Shown piece by piece: positions 15,232 to 22,710 of a DNA stretch of 37,683 bases. Position 1 is the stretch's first letter. Each line of letters starts with the position of its first letter. Source of the DNA: a virus; IMG/VR virus record IMGVR_UViG_3300029717_000023, positions 1-37,683 of that record. One strand, given 5' to 3'. Below the pieces are notes generated by a model, which had not been told where the DNA came from, searched no databases, and saw only the letters and a program-made list of their open reading frames with translations. The position numbers were made by a program, and so were the translations under genes.

Positions 15232-15635
15232 AGAACAATCCGGCAAACACAATCAAAGATACCATGTGGCACTTCCTGATAGATGAAGGGCAAAAGGCAA
15301 ACATCGAAGTACTAAAAGAAGCGGTCTATGACCTTATAGGGATGACGACCCAGAAAAACGCAGGACAGCGCAAGGCAAAAAAAGATATAGACTGGGATAA
15401 TCTAGACATGACTATGATGACAATTGTCATAGAGGCTACAGCTCTTGTTCTGTCAGGGGAATTGGATAAAAAGGAAGAAAAGAAAGCACCTAAGGACGTC
15501 ACAGTCCTCAATGACGCACTTTGCGAAAACTACAAAATAGGTCTTTGCGGAAGCTGCAAAGCTGTCGTTGACAATACAGAAAACTACTGCCGTAAATGCG
15601 GACAGGCAATTTTATGGGAGAGTATAGAAGAATGA
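15228..15635 (+). CDS. Hypothetical protein with a C-terminal zinc ribbon
   Basis: CGSCKAVV...YCRKCG. ATGA overlap. Confidence 0.4.
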   Translation: MKNNPANTIKDTMWHFLIDEGQKANIEVLKEAVYDLIGMTTQKNAGQRKAKKDIDWDNLDMTMMTIVIEATALVLSGELDKKEEKKAPKDVTVLNDALCENYKIGLCGSCKAVVDNTENYCRKCGQAILWESIEE

Positions 15636-15757
15636 ATAAAGAAACCAAGATTAGTATAATAGTTGGATGCATTGCGGCATCGGCTTTAGATAACGGAATA
15701 AAGGCAGAACTTATAGATTTTATGTGGGAGCTTGAAGAGGCAGGTGAGCAGGAATGA
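15632..15757 (+). CDS. Small hypothetical protein (41 aa) ending in junction-repeat copy 1
   Basis: ATGA overlaps at both ends. C-terminus ...EEAGEQE is encoded by the repeat. Confidence 0.3.
   Translation: MNKETKISIIVGCIAASALDNGIKAELIDFMWELEEAGEQE
15738..15757 (+). repeat. Gene-junction repeat copy 1 (AGGCAGGTGAGCAGGAATGA)
   Basis: 20-nt unit containing SD AGGTGA, a 6-nt spacer and an overlapping ATG/TGA. The next gene starts at 15754. Confidence 0.85.
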
Positions 15758-15996
15758 AAACAATTAGAAAAAAGATTTTGCCAATATATTTTGAAGCTGT
15801 GGAAAGCAGACAGAAAAATTTTGAAATCAGAAAAGACGATGATGATGTGCAGGTGGGCGATAAGTTAGTTTTAGTAGAATGGAACGAAGAACAGCAACAC
15901 TACACTGGAAGATTCGCCACAAGAAAAGTGAAGTATGTTTTGCGTAATGTGCCTGAATATGGGTTGAATGAAGGCTATTGCATTATTGGTTGGTAA
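15754..15996 (+). CDS. DUF3850-like ASCH/PUA-fold protein
   Basis: KILPIYFEAVESRQKNFEIRKDDDDVQVGDKLVLVEW....TGR.....VKYVL fits the remembered DUF3850 pattern. Confidence 0.55.
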   Translation: MKTIRKKILPIYFEAVESRQKNFEIRKDDDDVQVGDKLVLVEWNEEQQHYTGRFATRKVKYVLRNVPEYGLNEGYCIIGW

Positions 15997-16016
15997 AGGC
16001 AGGTGAGCAGGAATGA
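15997..16016 (+). repeat. Gene-junction repeat copy 2
   Basis: Exact copy of AGGCAGGTGAGCAGGAATGA. The next gene starts at 16013. Confidence 0.85.
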
Positions 16017-16375
16017 ATCGTAAAACCATTAAAAAAGCCGAACGAGAAAGAGTTTATCTAAAATACAACGGACACTGTGTTTACTGTGGCAAGGAGATTG
16101 CGTACAAGGATATGCAGGTAGACCACCTGATGCCATTAGAGGGGTACTGCGAAAAAGGCACGAATGATTTTGACAACTTAATGCCTGCTTGCAGGCGATG
16201 CAATCACTATAAGCGGGCGAATAGTTTAGAGGGCTGGCGAAAGATGATTGAGCAAATACCTGAGAAATTGGAGCGGGACAGCTATATTTACAGAGTGGCA
16301 TTAGATTATGGGATAATCAATCCAAATCCACATAAAATTAAATTTTATTTTGAAAAGGTAAGTGAGCAGGAATGA
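16013..16375 (+). CDS. HNH endonuclease
   Basis: CVYCGKEI...VDHLMPLE...NDFDNLMPACRRCNHYK. Confidence 0.8.
   Translation: MNRKTIKKAERERVYLKYNGHCVYCGKEIAYKDMQVDHLMPLEGYCEKGTNDFDNLMPACRRCNHYKRANSLEGWRKMIEQIPEKLERDSYIYRVALDYGIINPNPHKIKFYFEKVSEQE
16356..16375 (+). repeat. Gene-junction repeat copy 3 (2 mismatches)
   Basis: AGGTAAGTGAGCAGGAATGA. The next gene starts at 16372. Confidence 0.8.
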
Positions 16376-16848
16376 AAATTTTAGATGCCTGTTGCGGAAG
16401 TAGAATGTTTTGGTTTGACAAGAACAATCCCTTGGTGACCTTTATGGATAATCGGGAGATTGAAGATGCTTTGTGTGACGGCCGAAGCCTGAGAGTAAAA
16501 CCTGATGTCTTGGGAGATTTCAGAAGAATTCCGTATGACAGCGGAACATTTGACATTGTAGTCTTTGATCCGCCACATTTGCTAAAAGTCGGAGAAAAAT
16601 CGTGGCTTGCTAAAAAGTATGGCAAGCTTAATCAGTCAACATGGAAAGACGATTTAAAGCAGGGCTTTTCAGAGTGCTTCAGAGTTTTAAAGCTGAATGG
16701 AATACTGGTGTTTAAATGGAATGAGACTGATATTCCCGTTTCTGAGATTTTAAAACTTACTGAACAAAGCCCATTAATAGGACACAAAAGTGGAAAACTT
16801 AATAAGACACATTGGATATTGTTTTTTAAGGCAGGTGAGCAGGAATGA
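16372..16848 (+). CDS. SAM-dependent methyltransferase, probably a DNA methyltransferase
   Basis: Motif I-like ILDACCGS and motif IV-like VVFDPPHL. Small phage-type enzyme. The target base is unknown. Confidence 0.6.
   Translation: MKILDACCGSRMFWFDKNNPLVTFMDNREIEDALCDGRSLRVKPDVLGDFRRIPYDSGTFDIVVFDPPHLLKVGEKSWLAKKYGKLNQSTWKDDLKQGFSECFRVLKLNGILVFKWNETDIPVSEILKLTEQSPLIGHKSGKLNKTHWILFFKAGEQE
16829..16848 (+). repeat. Gene-junction repeat copy 4
   Basis: Exact copy. It starts a 23-codon ORF at 16845-16916. Confidence 0.85.
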
Positions 16849-16973
16849 ATTATAACGACTATGCAAAGCTGAGAGAGCGCGCAATAAGAAAGGTGGGCAA
16901 TCAGAATGTTCTATAACGAAGCTATGACACTAATAGGACGAAGCTATAAACCTATGGAACAGGAGAGCGGGTA

Positions 16974-17147
16974 ATGAAGATGAACAAGAAAGAAGCAATG
17001 GACAAGCTGTACGAGCATAAAAATATGCTTACGTATCAGCAGTACAGGACATTCAGAGGTCAGATATGCTCAGGAGATATAGTAGGATTTCACAAGGGTT
17101 TAGATAGGATATTGAAAAGAAAAGGAGAAGTAAAATGTCAGAGATAA
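16974..17147 (+). CDS. Small hypothetical protein (57 aa)
   Basis: ATG 7 nt after AGGAGA. Overlaps the DGR target 2 start by 13 nt. Below the track cut-off. Confidence 0.3.
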   Translation: MKMNKKEAMDKLYEHKNMLTYQQYRTFRGQICSGDIVGFHKGLDRILKRKGEVKCQR

Positions 17148-17962
17148 AGATAGGAACAATCAATATTATTTTTAACGGCAATATGAATAGCGCGCAGGAA
17201 ATGATACCGGCAGCGGAGCGTTGTGAGAACAGCCCAGCTAAAGCGCCGGTGAAAATTGTAACATGGGCAGACGGAACAGACGAAGAAATAGTTGCAATGG
17301 TTAAGGCAGCAGACAAGGGACTGATCGATTTGAAAGATTACTGGAATATTGGAGATGCAAGAAAGGTTATGCTGTCTGAGACAGAAGGCTGCGAATGGTA
17401 TACGTCCCACAGCAGACAGGAGACTGAATTCGTATTGATGAACGCTGGCGGGAAGATGTTGCTAACACCTACCGAGTCAGGCAGGACAACCTGTAGCTTT
17501 GTGGTTGGGTTGAAAGATTGTCTCAAAGAAGAGGACAAAATCAACAGAGAAGATACAAATGAAGGCGGCTGGGAAAGTTCAGATATAAGGGAATGGTGCA
17601 ATGACTGGTTTGCACAGTCAATTCCCCAGACCCTGCAGCCGATATTCAAAAACTTTGTAAACAGTACATATGCAGACGGGAAGATTGTTGAAACGACAGA
17701 CCTGTTTGCGCTTCCGGCAGAGGTTGAGGTGTACGGAAGCACCAAATACTCTGCACAGGGAGAAGGCACACAATTTGAGCTTTATAAAAATCCGCTTAAC
17801 AGAATTAAGTGTATAGGCTCCGGAGGATATCAGGCCCACTGGTGGGAGCGTTCTCCTTGTTCGAGCAGTTCGGCTGGTTTCTGCATAGTCGACTCGGACG
17901 GCGACGCCGACGTCAGCAGCGCGTCGGTCACTTTTGGACTGGCCCCTTTCGGCTGTATCTAA
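17135..17962 (+). CDS. DGR target protein 2 (C-type-lectin-like variable domain only, 275 aa)
   Basis: Paralogous to residues ~185-421 of target 1 (KIVTWA.GTD.EI..MV.AADKGLI.L.DYW..GD...). C-terminus carries VR2 (HWWERSP...GLAPFGCI*). SD AAGGAG. Confidence 0.85.
   Translation: MSEIKIGTINIIFNGNMNSAQEMIPAAERCENSPAKAPVKIVTWADGTDEEIVAMVKAADKGLIDLKDYWNIGDARKVMLSETEGCEWYTSHSRQETEFVLMNAGGKMLLTPTESGRTTCSFVVGLKDCLKEEDKINREDTNEGGWESSDIREWCNDWFAQSIPQTLQPIFKNFVNSTYADGKIVETTDLFALPAEVEVYGSTKYSAQGEGTQFELYKNPLNRIKCIGSGGYQAHWWERSPCSSSSAGFCIVDSDGDADVSSASVTFGLAPFGCI
17833..17960 (+). repeat. DGR variable repeat 2 (VR2)
   Basis: 128 nt align gap-free to TR 548-675. All 22 mismatches are at TR adenines. Confidence 0.95.
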
Positions 17963-17973
17963 TATCAATTAAT

Positions 17974-17991
17974 CAGCAGCGAATGCTGCAG
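17974..17991 (+). promoter_or_regulatory. VR2-proximal hairpin (GAAT loop), DGR target-recognition element candidate
   Basis: gcagc-gaat-gctgc core, plus an outer c-g pair across an a/a mismatch. Begins 13 nt after VR2, the same offset as at VR1. Confidence 0.6.
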
Positions 17992-18005
17992 GAAGGAATT
18001 AAGAA

Positions 18006-18266
18006 ATGGAAAAATTAAAAGTAGGATCATCAACGAAACCCAACCTGGCTGCAGGAGCGATTGCAGGAATCATAAGAAGAGATAAAAAAATAGAGATTCA
18101 GGCTATAGGAGCGGGAGCAGTTAATCAGTCAATTAAGGCGGTAGCTATAGCAAGAGGCTATGTAGCTGCCGGTGGACTGGATATAATCTGCAGACCTGCA
18201 TTTATAGATATCGACACGGGCGATAAGGAAACCACAGCTATAAGAATAATAGTCGAGGCAATTTGA
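18006..18266 (+). CDS. spoVS: SpoVS-like protein (stage V sporulation protein S homologue)
   Basis: MEKLKVGSSTKPNLAAGAIAGIIR....EIQAIGAGAVNQSIKAVAIARGYVA..G.D.IC.PAF.DI......TAIR.IVE closely follows the SpoVS sequence as I recall it. Confidence 0.8.
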   Translation: MEKLKVGSSTKPNLAAGAIAGIIRRDKKIEIQAIGAGAVNQSIKAVAIARGYVAAGGLDIICRPAFIDIDTGDKETTAIRIIVEAI

Positions 18267-18499
18267 TGATCATCGGGACAAGCGAAGATGGCGCAGTACG
18301 CCAGTGCGAACATTGCCAAACCGTATACAAAGGAAACCATTGCCCGCATTGTGCACTTGTGGCGATGAACAGGTATAAGCGGCCAAAAAGAACGAAGAAA
18401 AAGAAAACATACGCGCAGAAGCAAATAAAAAGCACCTTGGAGCTTTCCGAAGAGCAGGAAAAGTTCTTGAAAACACAAGAAAAATGCAACAATAAATAA
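18266..18499 (+). CDS. Zinc-ribbon protein with a basic tail
   Basis: CEHCQTVYKGNHCPHC, then a K/R-rich segment. TGATG overlap with the spoVS-like stop. Confidence 0.4.
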   Translation: MIIGTSEDGAVRQCEHCQTVYKGNHCPHCALVAMNRYKRPKRTKKKKTYAQKQIKSTLELSEEQEKFLKTQEKCNNK

Positions 18500-18562
18500 C
18501 CATTAAGCAAGCCTGGGACAAGCAGTAAAAAGCAGCCCCAGGCATAACCAACGGAGGAGAAA

Positions 18563-18772
18563 ATGGAATTTAAAGTAACAGAGCACATCGCAGTGCTTGG
18601 CGACAGATCGAAGGGGTGGCAGGCAGAGCTCAATAAAATAAGCTGGAACGGCAACCCGGAAAAGTATGATATTAGAGTATGGTCTGAAGGACACGAAAAG
18701 ATGACTAAAGGCATAACCCTATCAACTGAAGAGGTCAAAGCGTTATACCAAGCACTTGGAGAAGTATTATAG
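18563..18772 (+). CDS. YdbC/PC4-like ssDNA-binding protein
   Basis: KGWQAELNKISWNGNPEKYDIRVWSEGHEKMTKGITLSTEE matches the remembered YdbC family pattern. SD GGAGGAG. Confidence 0.6.
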   Translation: MEFKVTEHIAVLGDRSKGWQAELNKISWNGNPEKYDIRVWSEGHEKMTKGITLSTEEVKALYQALGEVL

Positions 18773-18868
18773 CGACAAAACAAAAGCTACTATATAAGGT
18801 AAGAAGATGAGCTCGTATATAGAGCATATGAGCTTGATTAGAGTATTAATAATAGAACAGGTGAGAAT

Positions 18869-19714
18869 ATGAAAGTTGTAAGAGAAACGTGCGTGGCAGG
18901 AAAAGTGATTGACGTAACCATCAAGGTTCCATCAGGGAATCATTCAGGAAAGCGTGCCGCTAAAACCCGCGTCACTTCGGAAAAGGTAGAAAAAAACAAT
19001 GAGAGGATTGCTGAGAAGGAACTGGCAAGACTCTTTAATGCTAATTTCACATCGAAAGACGCTCACGTTGTTCTCACCTACAAGGAGAAACCTACGCAGA
19101 AGCAGGCAGCCGCAGCACTTAAAAAAATCTTGCGAAAACTGCGCAGCGAATTCAAGAAGCAAGGCAAAACCTTAAAGTATATTGCGGTGACCGAGTACAT
19201 AGGAAAAAGAATACATCACCATATTGTTATTAATACACAGGATACAACAATGCTGGTAAGGTTATGGGAAGAAGGCTATGTCAACATGAAGGCTCTTGAT
19301 GAGAGCGGCGACTACACCAAACTCGCAAAGTACTTCATCAAGGAAAGCAGACACACTTTCAGATACGAAGAAAGTCAGCACAAAAGGAGATACAGTTGCA
19401 GTCGAAACCTTACAAGACCCGTAGTCAAAAGGGAAATGGTCAGTGAAAAACAACTTTGGGAAGACCCGAAGCCAATCCAAGGATACTACATACCAAGGGA
19501 CTCTGTGAGAAGATATGAGCATCCCATAACAGAGCTTGAACATCTTGAATACCGAATGATTGCAATAGACGAACCAAGAGCATATGGCGTATGGCCTAGG
19601 GGAAAGAAAGTCAGCGGAAAAGAGAATTTTAAAGTTAACTACAGAGAAGAACAGGAAGCCTTTATGACGGATGACATACAGGCTATCTTGAAGTGCGGAA
19701 AGGAGAGCGAATGA
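18869..19714 (+). CDS. HUH-type (rolling-circle Rep-like) endonuclease candidate
   Basis: Three ordered motifs: AHVVLTYKE (motif I uuTu), RIHHHIVINT (HxH plus hydrophobics), DYTKLAKYFIKES (Y..K). Confidence 0.4.
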   Translation: MKVVRETCVAGKVIDVTIKVPSGNHSGKRAAKTRVTSEKVEKNNERIAEKELARLFNANFTSKDAHVVLTYKEKPTQKQAAAALKKILRKLRSEFKKQGKTLKYIAVTEYIGKRIHHHIVINTQDTTMLVRLWEEGYVNMKALDESGDYTKLAKYFIKESRHTFRYEESQHKRRYSCSRNLTRPVVKREMVSEKQLWEDPKPIQGYYIPRDSVRRYEHPITELEHLEYRMIAIDEPRAYGVWPRGKKVSGKENFKVNYREEQEAFMTDDIQAILKCGKESE

Positions 19715-20139
19715 CAAAACAAAAGCTCAAGAGCTACTACTGGCTGCAGCACGAAATTAGGCAGCAGAGAGGAAGACTTTACAGGCTAAGAAAAAAGCAG
19801 GAACTGTCTGGTGAGATTGTGGGTGACATTGTAAATGACTACAAGACCGGTAACGCTATCCCATTGATGATACAAGGCATAGCCGACGAAGATTTTAAGC
19901 TGCCGATGATGATTCACCTGTTGGAAGCTGAAATAGAGCAAAATATCATTGAGGCTCAGGAGAGAGTGAAGGAGATCGAAGAATTCGTGCAGACGGTAGA
20001 AGATCCGCGTATGAGAGAACTGCTCCGCAGTAGATTTATAGATTGCAAACGCTGGGAAGATGTAGCGGCCAGTAACTACATAAGCACAGCTCATGCGAGG
20101 AAGCTCATTAGAGAATATCTGCAGAACTTGCCGCAATAG
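19711..20139 (+). CDS. Late-gene activator candidate (RinA/ArpU/sigma region-4-like)
   Basis: ATGA overlap. The pattern YYWLQHEIRQQRGRLYRL...C-terminal HTH-like WEDVAASNYISTAHARKLI and its position just upstream of the packaging genes. Confidence 0.45.
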   Translation: MTKQKLKSYYWLQHEIRQQRGRLYRLRKKQELSGEIVGDIVNDYKTGNAIPLMIQGIADEDFKLPMMIHLLEAEIEQNIIEAQERVKEIEEFVQTVEDPRMRELLRSRFIDCKRWEDVAASNYISTAHARKLIREYLQNLPQ

Positions 20140-20223
20140 CTAAACTTAATCACTTATAATCACTTTTTCTGTGGTATAGTTATATTGTCATAGAGACTAA
20201 ATGAACAAGGATATACAGAAAGG

Positions 20224-20245
20224 CACTGCTTCGGCGGTGTTTTTC
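20224..20245 (+). terminator. Rho-independent terminator
   Basis: cactgc-ttcg-gcggtg (one G-U pair), followed by TTTTT. Confidence 0.5.
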
Positions 20246-20256
20246 TTATTGGAAAA

Positions 20257-20580
20257 ATGGCAAAAGACTTTTCGAAGAAATTCTACAACTCAAAAGAATG
20301 GCAAGCAGCGAGAGCCGCATACATAGCAGAACGCATAGGCATTGACGGCGGACTGTGTGAACGATGTCACAAGGAGCTCGGCAAGATAGTTCACCACAAG
20401 GTGATACTCAATGCTATAAACATTAACGATGCTGACATAACGCTCAACAAGTGCAGGCTTGAGTACCTGTGCAAAGACTGTCACGACGAGGAACACTACA
20501 AGGATATGTTTGGCAGGGAGCGGAAACCGTCAAGATGCTTTTTCGACAAGCGCGGCAATCCTGTTATAAAAAACGAATAG
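20257..20580 (+). CDS. Packaging-associated HNH endonuclease
   Basis: CERCHKE...VHHKV...N....LCKDCHDEEH. Located immediately upstream of terS/terL. Confidence 0.8.
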   Translation: MAKDFSKKFYNSKEWQAARAAYIAERIGIDGGLCERCHKELGKIVHHKVILNAININDADITLNKCRLEYLCKDCHDEEHYKDMFGRERKPSRCFFDKRGNPVIKNE

Positions 20581-20680
20581 CCCCCCTATCTGACGAACAG
20601 GGGCTCCGGGGCGAAGACCGCATGCCTCAGAATACTTTTGACGGGTGATACGCACGCAGGAAAGGGGGTCATAAAATAAA

Positions 20681-21040
20681 ATGGGAAATAGAAAAGAGAA
20701 AACAAAAGAAGAGCGCATTTTAGCAGAGGAGCGAAAACTTAAAAGAATTTTTAAGATTTTGGAGAAAGATAAGCTTACGATTGCAGCAAAGCTGTGTAAA
20801 AAAGCTGCGTTTATGGATGTGACCCTCGATGATATGCAGGTCCAGATTACAGCGGAGGGCTTCACCAAGAAGGCTGTAAACGGAAACGGATTCACAGTGG
20901 AAATGGACCACCCGGCGCTGAAGAGTTACAACACGATGATTAAAAATTACAACACCGTCATGAAACAGCTCATAGACCTTCTTCCGGAAGACACTGAAGA
21001 GGTTGACGAGCTGCTTCTTCACATCAGAGGTAAGCAATGA
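20681..21040 (+). CDS. terS: Terminase small subunit (P27-family-like)
   Basis: 119 aa. Its position and the pattern ...AAFMDVTLDDMQVQI...HPALKSYNTMIKNYNTVMKQL support the call. Confidence 0.65.
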   Translation: MGNRKEKTKEERILAEERKLKRIFKILEKDKLTIAAKLCKKAAFMDVTLDDMQVQITAEGFTKKAVNGNGFTVEMDHPALKSYNTMIKNYNTVMKQLIDLLPEDTEEVDELLLHIRGKQ

Positions 21041-22695
21041 CATACCTTGAGGAATACTTCACAGCGCTGCTTGACGGCAAGATTATGGCCTGCGAAAAAA
21101 TGAAACTTGTATCGGAAAAAATCCTGCAGGATCTGTACAAACCGGGAGAGTATCACTTCGATGAGGAAATCGCAAACAAACATATAGAATTCATAGAAAA
21201 GTTTTGCAAGACTCCTTCCGGAAGACTGGGCACACCATTGAAACTGCAGCTTTTTCAGAAGGCAAGGCTGCAGGCAGTGTTCGGCTTTGTAGATGACAAT
21301 GACCTGCGAAAATACAACGAAGTCTTGGTTGTCGAGGGACGTAAAAATGGTAAGACAACGGAATGCGCTGCAACGGAACTGGATATGCTCGTAAATGATG
21401 GCGAGGGAGCGCCTCAGATATATAACGTGGCAACCCAAAGAGAGCAGGCCACACTTGGCTTTAACGCTTGTCACAAGATGAGAAACCAGTCGCCTCTACT
21501 CAGAAAGCACATACGAAAAAGAGCCGCAGATTTATACTGCAGCCTGAACTTCGGCTATATCAAAGCCCTTGCGAGCAACACAACGGCTCTTGATGGCCTC
21601 GATGTTCATATGGCAACCATAGATGAATTGTCGGCAATCAAAAATAGAGATTTATATGATTTAGTGAAGCAGGGAATGGGCGCAAGAAGCCAGCCTCTGC
21701 TTTTTTGCATATCGACAAACGGTTTCGTCAGGAATGGGATATTCGATGCCCAGTATCAGTATGCATCAGACATTCTGCATGGCAAAGCTGTAAATGATAG
21801 ATTTCTGCCGCTCATATACGAGCTCGACGATGCCGATGAATGGGACAAAGAAGAATGCTGGGTTAAAGCAAACCCGGGCATAGACACAATCAAATCACGA
21901 GATTACCTTAGGCAGATGGTTCAGAAGGCGAAAGATGATATATCGTTCAAGCCTACCGTAATGGTTAAAGATTTCAATATTCCACAGAACAGAGCATCAT
22001 CGTGGCTTAAGTGGGAGGAGATTGCCAATGACTATAAAACGCCTGCTGATGCGAAGTTCAGATATTGCATTGGCGGAATGGACGCTGCAGACTCCATAGA
22101 CCTTAATGCGGCCAAGATACTGTGCATGAGACCGGGAGATGAACATATCTACCTGAAATCTATGTACTGGATCCCGCAGGAAGCCATAGACAGATTCGAG
22201 GATTCGGGCAAGAGACAGGGACGAGACAATGTGCCATATAAGCTCTGGAAAGACCAGGGTTATCTCAGAACAGTACCGGGCAACAAGGTGGATAAGGAAG
22301 TGTTTTTAGACTGGTTTTGTGAAGTCAGAGATGAAGAGGATATATATGTGCTGTACATCGGCTACGACCCTTGGCACATAGATGAAAGCTTGCTTCGGAA
22401 ATTCAGAAATGAATTCGGGCAGGAAAGTATGATACCTATAAGACAGGGCGTAAAAACTCTGAGCAATCCGATGAAAGACATGAGAGCCGACATGGGCAAA
22501 CACCTTATAGTCCATGACGGCAATCCTATTGATATATGGAATCTTGCCAATATGGAAGTCACCGTCGACATCAACGGGAATATCCAGCCGGTTAAAGGGC
22601 TGGATCAGCGCAATAGGATTGACGGTGGCATGGCACTAATTGATGGATATGTCGTTTTAAAAAATAAATATGACGAATATCAAAGTGTAATTTAA
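21037..22695 (+). CDS. terL: Terminase large subunit
   Basis: 552 aa. Walker-A-like VVEGRKNGKTT; MATIDEL (Walker B-like); C-terminal nuclease region. ATGA overlap with terS. Confidence 0.9.
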   Translation: MTYLEEYFTALLDGKIMACEKMKLVSEKILQDLYKPGEYHFDEEIANKHIEFIEKFCKTPSGRLGTPLKLQLFQKARLQAVFGFVDDNDLRKYNEVLVVEGRKNGKTTECAATELDMLVNDGEGAPQIYNVATQREQATLGFNACHKMRNQSPLLRKHIRKRAADLYCSLNFGYIKALASNTTALDGLDVHMATIDELSAIKNRDLYDLVKQGMGARSQPLLFCISTNGFVRNGIFDAQYQYASDILHGKAVNDRFLPLIYELDDADEWDKEECWVKANPGIDTIKSRDYLRQMVQKAKDDISFKPTVMVKDFNIPQNRASSWLKWEEIANDYKTPADAKFRYCIGGMDAADSIDLNAAKILCMRPGDEHIYLKSMYWIPQEAIDRFEDSGKRQGRDNVPYKLWKDQGYLRTVPGNKVDKEVFLDWFCEVRDEEDIYVLYIGYDPWHIDESLLRKFRNEFGQESMIPIRQGVKTLSNPMKDMRADMGKHLIVHDGNPIDIWNLANMEVTVDINGNIQPVKGLDQRNRIDGGMALIDGYVVLKNKYDEYQSVI

Positions 22696-22710
22696 GAAAG
22701 GAGGTAAAGC

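Noticed and set aside
15738-16848. A CRISPR-like array (four copies of a 20-nt repeat)
   Set aside because: The spacings are 259, 359 and 473 nt. Each interval is a full protein-coding gene whose start codon lies in the repeat. There are no short uniform spacers and no cas genes.
18238-18783. A 181-aa minus-strand ORF spanning the zinc-ribbon and YdbC-like genes
   Set aside because: The + strand genes have SDs and recognisable patterns. The antisense product is low-complexity and hydrophobic and has no start context.
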